From Podarcis muralis (Eukaryota): DNA of 64,000 bases. Position numbers and translations under genes: made by a program. Shown here piece by piece: positions 27,092 through 38,600 of the stretch. The stretch lies in assembly GCF_964188315.1 (NCBI RefSeq), contig NC_135657.1:78926001-78990000 (forward strand). The letters are read 5' to 3'. Position 1 is the stretch's first letter; each line of letters begins with the position of its first letter. Below the pieces are notes generated by a model. It was not told where the DNA came from and did no database searches. It saw only the letters and a program-made list of their open reading frames with translations.

Positions 27092-27320
27092 CCATTCTCA
27101 CACACTCTAGTCCTCTGGCTAACTCATTCACGCACAGGAATAAATTGTCCACCTATCTCCCAAACTATAATAGAAGCACCAACCTAACCTTCATGGACCA
27201 TTAACAAGTAATCTCCCTAACAAAGGAAGGTTGGCCAGAGGTTATCACTCAGTTGCCTTCCTACTGGTTCCGTTCTTTACCACAGTTGGTTGCTCTTTTG
27301 GCTAGATTGCTATGAGTACA
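25780..27320 (-). mobile_element. Long LTR-like repeat
   Basis: TG...CA ends with imperfect flanks TGGTA/TAGTA. Minus-strand AATAAA near 25870. Confidence 0.35.
27020..27090. repeat. (CT)n(CA)n microsatellite
   Basis: Seen directly. Confidence 0.95.
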
Positions 27321-27349
27321 TAGTAGTTAACAGAACTCTCATCACTAAT

Positions 27350-28340
27350 GTCTGACCTGGGAAGAATGGTGGTCGAATGAGGGTCTTGTAGCACAGAATG
27401 AGTCCGATGCAATAATGGTCAATTAGCCTGAACAGGTGCTAGAGAGGGTGGCTGTAGTCTATATGGCCAGCAAGCAAGCGTGCTTTGATTTGTGCTGACA
27501 CGGCACAGCAATTACAGGAGAACCTGCTGCTCCTCCATCTGTTGTGTCCTGTCCTTTCTTGTGTCCTCAGGCAGCTTCTGGACACAGCCACACAGGTCTC
27601 CCCCTTCTGTTTGCATATGCATTTAGCTTTTGGTTCTGTGAATACATATATGCATGTCCCACTGCAGGAAAGTGTGCTTTGAAGAGGCGATTGGGCAATA
27701 TTTTATTTCATGCCATTAAGAACAAAGGAAATTGCCTTATACCAGATCAGACCATTGCCTTGTCTACCCTGACTGGCAGCGACTCCAGTGTTATCAGTGT
27801 GCATACTCTGGATGTAAGTACTTGGACAAAGGAGAGAAGGAAGGTACGTGGTGCAAAATATATGCAGAAAAAGACCACAATAGGAATGAAGTGAGATCCT
27901 TGCCAACCAACAATTGTGTTGCAGTATTGACAATGGATCTGGCTGATGGTGGAAGAAAGGTCTAGGGTTCTCACCAAGCAATTTGCTGGAAAGTCTCTTT
28001 TGATGTTGTACAGGGTGCTGCTGAAATTTGAGACCCCAAGGTCCGCCGCTTCTCCAGTGGCCAAAGTGACCCTTGCAGTAGGGAGCCAAGATGGAGGAGA
28101 ACAGCATGTCCAGTGGAGAAACAATGGCTCAGTTGCAAGCGGGTGTAGTCCTTGCATCCTGCCTGAGCTGCCTGGAGTGGAACATGGTGGTCCACTTGCC
28201 AACAGAGCTGTACTCCCTGCTTTGCCTGGTCTCCAGGGCCTCCAAGGAGGGCATGTAGACCAACACTGAAGGGCAGATGCCACAAAGCTTAGCTGGAGGT
28301 GTGATGTCTGAAGTCAGGTTGGAAAAAGGAAACATGCCGG
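27350..28340 (-). mobile_element. Decayed LINE ORF2 C-terminal region (CR1/L2 group, divergent clade)
   Basis: Frame-shifted motifs in the expected order: R...EYS...W, LEKRRT, TLY, SF...ESLP. Long open frames on both strands. Confidence 0.35.
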
Positions 28341-28377
28341 GTGGAGTTAAGCACTGTCTCTCTCCATGGTGAACCTG

Positions 28378-28502
28378 GAGCCATCTAGGTGTTGTTAGAC
28401 TACAACTCCACTCGTCTCTGGCCATTTGACCTTGCTGGCTAGAGCTGATGGGAGTTGAAGTCCAGCAACATCTGGAGGGCTATGGGTTGCCCCATCTCTG
28501 CC
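28378..28502. mobile_element. ~130-bp palindromic hAT-like MITE family; other copies ~2255-2389, 7070-7203, 9410-9480, 15865-15965, 46050-46180, 48122-48293, 62250-62310
   Basis: Shared CCAGATGTTGTTGGACTACAACTCCCATC...GATGGGAGTTGTAGTCCAACAACATCTGG. The 48.2k copy carries a 35-bp tandem duplication (48193-48262). Confidence 0.75.
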
Positions 28503-28820
28503 CTGGATTCTGAAGCCAGTTCTGATGCTCAGAAGGCTTGTTTCCACCAGGGGCTGTGTATCCCTCATTCCCTTTGGATACAGAGGTTTGGTGTCTGAGT
28601 GCACTCAAAACAGGCATCCACACATGTAAGCTGAGTATCAGAAGAGAAGCTGGGTTGTACCCCTTGGGCCTTGTACTGGTTAGCAGTTGCCTCTAAATAG
28701 TGCAGCTCCCCACCTTTTGTAGTTTGCATGCTCTCTTCAGGATGAAGTACGAAGTCTGCTTATTCTGAACAGTTCACTAGGTGATGAATGTAACAGAAAA
28801 AATAGTTTCTCACAAAGGTA

Positions 28821-29062
28821 CAGTGGTACCTCGGGTTAAGAACTTAATTCGTTCTGGAGGTCTGTTCTTAACCTGAAACAGTTCATAACCTGAGGTACCA
28901 CTTTAGCTAATGGGGCCTCCCGCTGCCGCCGCGCCGCCAGAGCACGATTTCTGTTCTCATCCTGAAGCAAAGTTCTTAACCCGAGGTAATACTTCTGGGT
29001 TAGTGGAGTCTGTAACCTAAAGCACATGTAACCTGAAGCGTATGTAACCCGAGGTACCACTG
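28821..29062 (-). mobile_element. Tc1/mariner (Tigger-like) MITE, same family
   Basis: Same TIRs and TA TSD. Reverse complement of the 13627 copy. Confidence 0.9.
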
Positions 29063-29189
29063 TATAGAAATTTTTTGGTAGGTGTGCTGTAGATGGTTAA
29101 TAAAATGATTTTTTTTAAATAAAAAAAGGCAAGCTTTGAAGACATCAGCAATAGAATGAACAGGTTAATGTGGAGCTCATAGAAATAAT

Positions 29190-29544
29190 AGGTAAAGGTA
29201 AAGGGACCCCTGACCATTAGGTCTAGTCGTGGCCGACTCTGGGGTTGCGGCGCTCATCTCACTTTATTGGCTGAGGGAGCCGGCGTACAGCTTCCGGGTC
29301 ATGCGGCCAGCATGACTAAGCCGCTTCTGGCGAACCAGAGCAGCGCATGGAAACACCATTTATCTTCCCGCCGGAGCGGTACCTATTTATCTACTTGCAC
29401 TTTTTGACGTGCTTTCGAACTGCTAGGTTGGCAGGAGCAGGGTCCGAGCAACGGGAGCTCACCCCGTCACGGGGATTTGAACCACCAACCTTCTGATTGG
29501 CAAGTCCTAGGCTCTGTGGTTTAACCCACAGCACCACCCGAGTC
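29190..29544 (-). mobile_element. Sauria SINE (Squam1-type), near full length
   Basis: Reverse complement of the GGGACGCGGGTGGCGCTGTGG...GGTCAGGGGTCCCTTTACCTTTACC consensus. No clear TSD. Confidence 0.92.
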
Positions 29545-29655
29545 TGGAAGGGATCCTGAGCGTCATCTAGTCCAACCCCCTTTAGTGTAGGAATCCACTT
29601 CCATCTCTGGATGGGCTCAAACCACCAACCTTCTGGTTAACAGCCAGACACACTG
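29545..29655 (-). mobile_element. tRNA-Asn-headed SINE with CR1-like 3' tail
   Basis: Minus strand GGCTGTTAACCAGAAGGTTGGTGGTTTGAGCCC resembles tRNA-Asn(GTT). It is followed by GGGGGTTGGACTAGATGAC...CCCTTCCA, matching CR1 ends such as 18990-19020. Confidence 0.65.
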
Positions 29656-31269
29656 TGTGTGTGTTTTGTTGCGAATGATCTGTTTTGGCAAGTGAATATG
29701 AATGGAAAATGTGTTTTCAGTATTTTTGCTTGCATTCTTTATTATAAGGAAGAAACATATTTTCTCTTGGGGTGGACATTAGGAACAAAACAAGGCTGTT
29801 CTTATTACAATGTCCTTTATCAATTCTGCTAAAGCAATTGTGCTGGAACTGGGAAATGCATTTGCACATCGGCAAACACTGTGCTTTGGAGGTCTTTTCA
29901 TGCTAAGAAGAAAAGAGGGGCTTTTAGAGACAGTGGAAATGTAATATCCAATCTCTGTAATGGTTTCCTAATGTTTGCAAAATGAGAAGGCTGTGTCATC
30001 TGAACACTTTAATATAAATAATGAGAAATTGTTCTACATTATCTGAAATAATCATGGCTGCTGAAGAACATTTGATGTGCATTTGCTGTGTACCGAGAGA
30101 TTTACACGCAATAATAGATACCTAAGGGTTGCATTTTACATTCAATAAGTCCTGAATTCTTGCTACATTTACAGTACATTTCCTTTTCTTCCTAATTTAA
30201 GCTACTGTGCATAAACAAAACATCACTTGTGTACCACCACAGACTGAGAATATTATTTTCATCAACATAGAAACATATATGGTCTAATCCAATGAAGTAG
30301 ATCAGTACACAGAAACAGCTTTCACATGTATCACTAGTGCAGTTGTACTTTGGAAAGCACAAGTGCACCATCTAAGCCTCATTGAACTGTTTGGTTGTAT
30401 CCTTGGATGATGATGGGTGATGCACATTTTCCTCTAGGTTGTGTTGTTTGCATGAACCTACTTGTATGTGACTACAGCATCCACAAAGTGTTACCCAGTT
30501 GAGGATAGTTTTGTTTGTATCATCTGTGCCCAGAAGTTGTCAGAGAGAGCAATTCTTCACTAATTTTTAGCAGATGACTATGAGCTTGACTGCACTGCCA
30601 AGCAGAGTCCAGATTCTGAGCAACTATTTGAAAGTCCTTTCCATACATTCAAGAGGCACAGTGGTAGGGTGGTTAAGGAGGGCTTCTCTCCTCTTCCGTA
30701 ATCGTCTTATCTTGAAAATGTAAGCTTGTCTATATTCCACAAGCAACACAAAAGCTTTTTTAAAATAAGAATGTTAGAGGTGGGTATGGGACGTATAGGA
30801 TGTGCTATATCCTATATCTCTCTATATTGCTGAAACTTCAAAGTTGTTGCTGTCCTGCCTCAAGTGTAAGGAACAGAGTCACGAACTGGCAACATTATGA
30901 TAATTACGCAGATGATTGGACTTGGATGCTCTTTGCAATGTTTTTAGACAGGTTAATAAATAAATAAATAAATGGAACATGTTTAGACAAGAACTTTGTT
31001 CAGCCATATGGTCTAACACCCGTGGACATCCAGTGCATCATGCAAGTTGAAATTTAACAACGCTAGTAATTAGGCATCTAAATTTAGACAATACACTTGC
31101 ACGTGTCAGTAATTATTCTTTGTTATCGGCCATGCAGTTTGCTACGTTTCCCACAGAACAACTTGATTTCCTGTTCAAACACTTCTGAAATTTAAAATGC
31201 AATTTCCCACTACCACATTATCTGCACACCATCAATTAGAATAGATGATGTAAATGCAGCCAAGTCTTC

Positions 31270-31615
31270 TCATGAAGAGCTTAAGATCTGTCGTGCTAGA
31301 TCAAACCAAAGCCTATGAGCCCTTCTCTTGCTGTTGTTTCCCAGCAACTAGAATTCAGAGATAGGCTGTCTCTGATCCTGGAGGTAGCAGATAGTCATCA
31401 TCATGACTAGTAGCCATTGAGGGCTTCATCCTGCATCAATTTGTCTAATCCCTAAAGCCATCTAAATTGATGCCCCTGCCACATTTTGCGGTAGCAAATT
31501 CTGTGCTTTAATTATGCACTGAGTGATGATGTACCTCCTTTTGTCTGTTCTGAATCTGCCACCATTTGGCTTCATTGGGTGATTGTGGGCCCCAGTTTTA
31601 ATGCCTAGTTCCATT
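31270..31615 (-). mobile_element. CR1 3' fragment
   Basis: Reverse-strand CR1 end (GTACCTCCTTTTGTCTGTTCTGAATCT; CCAGCAACTAGAATTCAGAG). Confidence 0.6.
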
Positions 31616-32814
31616 TAGCTTGAAGTGAAGTCCATTCCTTTAGCTCAGTTTATCCCAACACATGCCTGTGTGCATAACAAATTCCTCCTGCCAACAACTT
31701 CTCATTCATGTGCCATCAACTTCCTACCCAGCCAACTAAATTTTGCTTCTAGGACTGTGTGACTACATTCCCCCCCCCCATCATTGGTGCCTTCCCAGTG
31801 CTATCTACTCACATATTTAGCTGGTGTGTGACATCTCCTAACTCTGAACTAGACAGACATATTACCATGTGGTCTACACACCCATCAGAAGGCCGTCTCT
31901 CTGGGCTTCTAACGATTTTATAACTGATTACTTTGATCTCCTTATCCTAACAGACATATCCTTGGCATGACATGGCATAAGTTTATCCCCCAAGAAATAG
32001 ATCCCCTTTGTGGGATAATTTCCTCCTTTTTTGGAAAGACACCCCCTTATCCAAGACCCTCCTTGTCAGTAACAGCAGAAAAGCTGTCATGCTGAGAGTG
32101 GCATGCCAGTATTTGAAACTGGAAAGGACTCTTCCACAAACCTTTCTGCCTTCCTCAGTTTCTCCAGGTGAATTACTTTGGTCTCAAGGGAATGATCTTG
32201 TTCCCTGAAAACCGGGAGTTAATTGCACCTAGCACACACCCATGATTTCTATCCATCAGAGACCTAGTTGTACACGTGACACTCTGTACAATGCTTTGGG
32301 TAGCCCTGATACCCCTGCAGGCTTTCTAACTTCATAACTGTTGGAAATCTTGGACAACTGGGATGAGTAAGATCAAAACCCAAGGATGATTAACTGCCCT
32401 GGCCTCCTTGCCCTATTGATACATTCACACAGATGTTGAACTCACCTGCCAGCTGTTTATCTTGGTGCTTTGTCACTGAGATGGAGGTGCTTCATAAGCT
32501 GGGGATCCCTTTGTGCTTGTTCCCATCATTCTTGTCTAACCTATTCATGCCACTCCAGCCGTGTCAAGCAGTGCCTTTAATGGTTAATTTAGAAGCGCTG
32601 GGGATTTGCCTCCCCAAAGCACTACCCTGTACTAGCGTGAGGAGGATGGATTCTGATAATAACACTTCATGGAACCTCATTTATAATCTTTCTTGCTTGG
32701 GTGATTGAATATTCCATATTATTAATATAATCTTTCCTGTTGCCATTATGAGGCAAAGGATATTGGCAGCTTACTAATGATATTTCCCAGCCTTGAGCAA
32801 CTTGAATATAATTC

Positions 32815-33280
32815 CAGACAAGATGGAAGGTCTGTTGGTGGGGGAGACTTTTTTAAATATGGGTTTAGTCTGAAGTATAGCCTGTTCTAGATGGGGAATA
32901 TACGGTAGCTTTGGAGTGATCCTGGATCCACTGCTCCTAATCTAGAAGCTCAGGGGGCATAGGGGACTAGGAGTGTTGTTTACCAGCTTTGGCTGGTGCA
33001 CGAGTTGTGACTATGTCTGGCCAAGTTGGAACTTGTTTTACTCATTTGTACCACAGTAATCTCTAGGACAGATCACACTCTATCTGGGGCTGCCCTTAAG
33101 AAGCATCCAGATATTTCAGTTATCATGAAGTAACATTTGATACCCTTTTTTAATGTGTTGTGGGAGGGGGAATTATTGATTTGGTTTTGTTCTTATTTTT
33201 CTTACGTATCTTTTTGTTTTTTATATTGCAAATTGCCCTGAGATCTATGGATGGAGGTTAAACAAACAAACAAATTTATT
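32815..33280 (+). mobile_element. Old L2 RT C-terminal fragment
   Basis: Decayed SLGVILDPLL.LEAQ...QLWLV...YLGLPL. Confidence 0.6.
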
Positions 33281-33586
33281 TTATCTTGTCTGATTTCTAC
33301 TGCCTTCCTCAATGTTTCCAGATTCAGTTTAATGACTGGCCCTGTGCATTATAGGTTTCTTTGCCATGCGTGGGAATGTCCAAGAATTTGAGGCAGGACC
33401 CAAAACATGGATCAAAGAAAGAAGAGAGAGCTTTTGAGCATGAGCAAACTCACAAATGTGTAAGCACAGACCAGATACCACCAGCATCCTGAACTGGCAG
33501 GACAGCAGGGAGGAGGAAGAAGATCCTGGCGAGGGGTGCAGCTGTGACTGGGACCCACTGGGGCAAGCCTGAGATGGGAAAGGAGA

Positions 33587-34054
33587 GACTTCCGGAGGCG
33601 GCGCGAAGGGTAATGGCTGCCTTTTCCTAACCGGGAAGGGAGCTCCGTCCGAGAACGGGTCGTCCGCTACGGCGAAGCGGAGACCCACACCGGAAAACTG
33701 CAGGCGGCAGAAGCCTGCAGCCTTGGGACCCGGCGGGCGCCAGAAGCTGCCCCCGAAACGTTGAAGGGACCCCGTAAGGGGCTCCGGATCGCGGAGGAGG
33801 CAGCGGCGCTGAGGGTCGTTCCGCAATCGGCGGAGAGAAGCCGCGAAGCCGTTGCCGGTGAGCGCCGACCTTTCTTCCTGGATTTGGCACTTAAAACACA
33901 GCAATCCGTGAGTAACAGAGACTTTTAATCAATTGGAGACCAATTTGAGACCAAAGTAATTGAATTTGGCGGAAAGCGGAGGACGAAAAGAAAAAGGAAG
34001 TCCGTCTTCCGCTGTCATTGAACTTCAACGCAAAGAGCCGGAGGAGTGGAGGCT
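33587..34054 (+). promoter_or_regulatory. CpG-rich L1 5'UTR (putative internal promoter)
   Basis: Dense CpG against a CpG-poor background. ETS-like ACTTCCGG at the extreme 5' end and YY1-like AATGGCTGCC at 33612. Promoter function inferred by analogy with other L1s. Confidence 0.65.
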
Positions 34055-34583
34055 GTAAGTAAACTTTTTACTGACTGGATCTGAGCATTTACTGAACTGT
34101 ATTTAAAGGCAGAAAAGGAGTTCAAGCATTGGATTTATGTGTTAGCATGGACTTTGAAATCCTCTTCTGTTGAAGTTACAATTTAAAGAAGGAAACCAGG
34201 GCTGGAGCTGCCTGGCAACAGTAGCAATCAGTTTGCAGACCTAAGCATTTTGATACATAAACTGGGAAAATTTGAGAGGCTTGGATTTTGTTACTTTATA
34301 ACATCAATTGAAGTACCAGCAAGCACTGTTTTGAGACATTGTGTTTCTACAACACCAACTCTGCTAAAAATTTAACATTTGAAGGTTTTTGGGACTTTAA
34401 CTTTTATTTTGGGGTAATCCTTCCTAAAAGACATTTTAGGCTCCCCCTAGAGGTGTTTGGACTTAACATCAGTGATTTTGCTTTACTTTTTATTTCTTGG
34501 CCTGCTGGCTGAGTGTTGCACCTGGGCTGTCCCTTTCCCATGGGAACAACTCAGCTTGACCTTGACTTCTAGATAAGTTTGGA

Positions 34584-35636
34584 ATGAGTGGCGCAAAGAA
34601 AAAGGAGACTAAAGAAAAAGAACAAAGACCAAGAACGAGACAAACAACTCTAGCCTCAACTCTACAGCAACGCAGATCGTCTGTGCCTATTTTGCACTCT
34701 GAGGAAGAAGCTGCCTCCTTGCCACTGGCAGGGAGAGGAGAGACAGAGGATTTACAATTGGAGGATATGGCCTCAGGATCAGCTTCTTCCATTCTAGAAA
34801 AAATCTATGAAAAATTGGAATCTTTGGATAAGAGAGTGGAATCTTTGGACAAAAAAGCTGATGAGCAAACTGCGAAAATAGACCAGAACACAGAATGCCT
34901 AAATAGAATAACTGGGCAAGTGGCACAGAACACTCAATCAATTGCAAAATTGGAGGAGGCTTCAGGTGAAAACAGGAAATTGGTTGAAGACACTAGCCAA
35001 AGACTTGGACAGTTAGAAAAAGAGGTAAGACCACTCAACAAACAAGTAGGTGAACACCAGACCTATCTTTCGATGATTGAATTGAAAAATAGGGAGACCA
35101 ATTTAAGGATAAGATTTGTACCCGAAGTAGAAGAAGATCAACTGGCTGAGTTCCTGACTAAAATATTTTCCGTGCAGTGGAAACTGGAAGAAAAAGACTT
35201 TAAAATTACATCAGCCTTTAGGCTGGGAAGATTGATAAGAAAAGATAAGCCCAGAGATTGCTTGATTACAGTGAGATCAAAGGAGGAAAGGGACAGAATT
35301 TTGGGCCTACATTACAAAAACTCACTGGACATTTTGGACAAAAGAATTGAAATTTTTAAGGATATTCCTAGACAGCTTTTGGATTTGAGATCAGGATACT
35401 TGGAACTAGCAAAACTACTGAGGAGTAACTCAATCATCTTTAGGTGGGAATTTCCTCAAGGATTATCGTTTACTTTTAGAGGGAGGAAGATCAAAATCAG
35501 AACATTGGAAGATAGAGACAAGTTTCTGAACCAGTACGGAGAAGACCTTCATAAAGGACTTGGATCACTGCCGGAGCCTGGAGCACCAAAGGAACCGGCA
35601 CCCTTGGATGACAACGTACCACCCCTTGAAAAATAA
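34584..35636 (+). CDS. L1 ORF1p (coiled coil + RRM + CTD RNA-binding/chaperone protein), 350 aa
   Basis: Heptad-rich segment (LESLDKRVESLDKK...LGQLEKEV), then RETNLRIRFVPE, PRDCLI, IEIFKDIP, FRWEFPQG typical of L1 ORF1. Lies directly upstream of ORF2. Confidence 0.93.
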   Translation: MSGAKKKETKEKEQRPRTRQTTLASTLQQRRSSVPILHSEEEAASLPLAGRGETEDLQLEDMASGSASSILEKIYEKLESLDKRVESLDKKADEQTAKIDQNTECLNRITGQVAQNTQSIAKLEEASGENRKLVEDTSQRLGQLEKEVRPLNKQVGEHQTYLSMIELKNRETNLRIRFVPEVEEDQLAEFLTKIFSVQWKLEEKDFKITSAFRLGRLIRKDKPRDCLITVRSKEERDRILGLHYKNSLDILDKRIEIFKDIPRQLLDLRSGYLELAKLLRSNSIIFRWEFPQGLSFTFRGRKIKIRTLEDRDKFLNQYGEDLHKGLGSLPEPGAPKEPAPLDDNVPPLEK

Positions 35637-35651
35637 CCAGATTTCTACAGG

Positions 35652-38600
35652 ATGTCTCTGCAACTTCTGAGCTGGAACATAAATGGCTGCAACATTCCCG
35701 AAAAAAGGAAGAAAATCTTCCATATATTAAAAAAGGAACAATTGGACATTATTTGCTTGCAAGAGACACATGTGACTAGGCTCCATAGAAAAGTTTTGGT
35801 AAATAAAAGACTAGGCCAGGAATTTATATCTTCGGACAGAGTAAAGAAGAGAGGGGTGGTGATATATGCAAAGGAGAGCCTTTCACCCAAATTATTATTT
35901 AAAGATGAACACGGCAGAATTTTGGCAGTTGAAATACAGCATCAAGGAGAAAAAATTATGTTATTAGGAATTTATGCACCAAATGAAGGGAAATCGGAAT
36001 TTTACAAGAAGCTGCATGAGAGCATGCTGGAATATCTGGACTTTGACAACATCATCATGATGGGAGACATGAACGGGATTGTATCAACTAACATGGATAA
36101 GTCGCAAAGTCAAAAAGTTACCAAAGATGGCAGACTACCAAAGACCTTTTTTGAAATGACAGACAATATGGACTGGATTGACATCTGGAGAATGAGAAAC
36201 CCCTTGGGAAAGGAAGGAACATTCTTCTCTGAAGCCCATCTGACTTGGACAAGAATCGACCAAATTTGGATTACTAGAGGTCTGGCACCTAAGGTCAGAA
36301 AAGTGGAAATCTGCCCAAAGACCTGCTCCGACCACAACGCTTTGAAAATGGATTTGGCATTGTTACCAACCGGTTCCTTTCGATGGAAGATGAATGACAA
36401 TCTATTTAGAGATCAGGAGATTATCAAAAAGGCCCAAAAAGCATTGAAAGACTATTTCGAAATAAATCTGAACACAACGGTGGAAAAAAGAACAATTTGG
36501 GACGCAAGTAAAGCAGTGATGAGAGGGTTCTTAATACAACAGAATGCTATTAAGAAAAGGAAACAAAATGAAAAGAAAGATAAGATCCTGGAAAAAATAA
36601 AAGAATTAGAGAAGAAGCTAAGAGTAAATCCGAAGTCGCAGCCGATTCTGAGAGAAATTAAACTTCATCAGGCACAATATTCTAAACTGATAAATCAGGA
36701 AATAGAATGGAAGATTAAGTCAATGAAACAAAAAACGTTTGAATCGGCAAATAAATGTGGGAAACTGCTGGCTTGGCAGTTGAAGAAGAGACAAAAGTTA
36801 AATATAGTAACAAATCTAGAAATTGAAGGAAGAAATATTCAGAACCCCGTGGAAATCAGAAAATCTTTCCAGAAATATTTCAAGAAACTATATACTCAAG
36901 GGCCACAAAATGAGGTTGAGATTGAACAATTTTTGAAAAAAAACAGTTTTAAAAAGTTTACACAAGAAAATAGACTACTCCTGAATAGTCAAATAACACG
37001 ACAAGAAATTGAACATGCCATTCAGAACATGAAGCTGGGCAAATCTCCAGGACCAGATGGCTTGACCTCCAAGTATTACAAGACAATGAGTGACTATCTG
37101 ATTCAACCTTTGATGGAGGTCAGCAATGAAATTTTGGAGGGAAAGAAAGCGCCGGAATCGTGGAAGGAAGCTTTTATCACGTTGATACCAAAATCAGAAA
37201 CTGAAAAGACACAACTTAAGAACTACCGCCCCATCTCCCTTTTAAATGTGGATTACAAAATATTTGCTGATGTTTTAGCAGGCAGACTTAAAAGAGTTTT
37301 GAATGAAGTAATTCATAAGGACCAGGCTGGCTTTCTCCCAGGTAGACATATGTTTGCAAACACAAGGAACATTATTGACATTTTGGAACTTTTGCAAACA
37401 GATATAAACACTAAAGCAGTGCTGATTTTCATAGACGCGGAGAAGGCCTTTGACAACATCTCCTGGAAATTTATGAAGGGAAATTTAAAAGAAATGGGAG
37501 CGGGGCGGGGTTTTCAAAATGGGATTGATGCAATATATTCAGAACAAAAAGCCAAATTGATAGTTAACAATGTGGTAACGGAAGAATTTAAAATTGAAAA
37601 AGGAACACGACAAGGCTGCCCGATTTCCCCTCTGTTATTTATTTCAGTTCTAGAGGTGCTCTTGAACATGATTAGAGGGGACCGGCTGGTGCAGGGGATC
37701 CAGGTCGGAGCGAAACAATACAAACTTAAAGCTTTTGCAGATGACCTAGTTTTGACATTGCAGGAGCCAGAACCTAGTACGAAAAGAGTATTACAACTGA
37801 TACATGATTTTGGTCAGGTGGCAGGATTTAAGCTAAATAAACAAAAAACGAAGGTGATAGGGAAAAATATGACAGATACAGAGTCAGAACGGTTTCAGAG
37901 AGAAACAGAATTATCATTGGTGAAAAAGGTAAAGTACCTAGGGGTTAATATAACAGCCAAAAATCTGAGTCTATTTAAGGATAATTATGAAAAATGTTGG
38001 TCTGAAATTAAGAGAGACTTGGACAGTTGGGCAAAACTGAAGCTTTCTTTGTTAGGACGAATAGCTGCGATTAAGATGAATGTGCTGCCAAAGATGTTGT
38101 TTTTGTTTCAAACATTGCAAATTGTGGATAAAACGGAGTGTTTCCGGAGGTGGCAGAGAGATATTTCCAAATTTGTCTGGCAGGGCAAAAAGCCCAGAAT
38201 CAAGTTTAAGATATTAACAGACGCAAAGGAAAGAGGGGGCTTTGCCCTGCCAGACTTAAGGTTGTACTATGAAGCCGCAGCTTTCTGCTGGCTAAAAGAT
38301 TGGCTACTTCTCGAAGACACTGATGTGTTAGATTTGGAAGGTTATAACAATGCTTTTGGTTGGCATGCATATTTGTGGTATGACAAAGTTAAGATCAACA
38401 AGGCTTTTAAGAACCATATTGTCAGAAAAGCAGTGTTTAATGTCTGGACAAAATACAAAGACTTATTGGAAAACAAAACTCCAAGGTGGCTCTCACCTTT
38501 GGAAGCTAAGGCCCGGAAAAGACCCAATATGGAAGCCTACTGGCCAAAATATTGGGAACTGTTAGAAAAAGATGGAGATAATTGGAAACTGCAGAGTATG

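Noticed and set aside
29610-29655. Functional tRNA-Asn gene
   Set aside because: 5' part missing, B box mutated, and fused to a LINE tail.
33329-33904. 191-aa antisense ORF over the L1 5'UTR (ORF0-like?)
   Set aside because: Starts at TTG, lies in GC-rich stop-poor sequence, and runs out into the flank.
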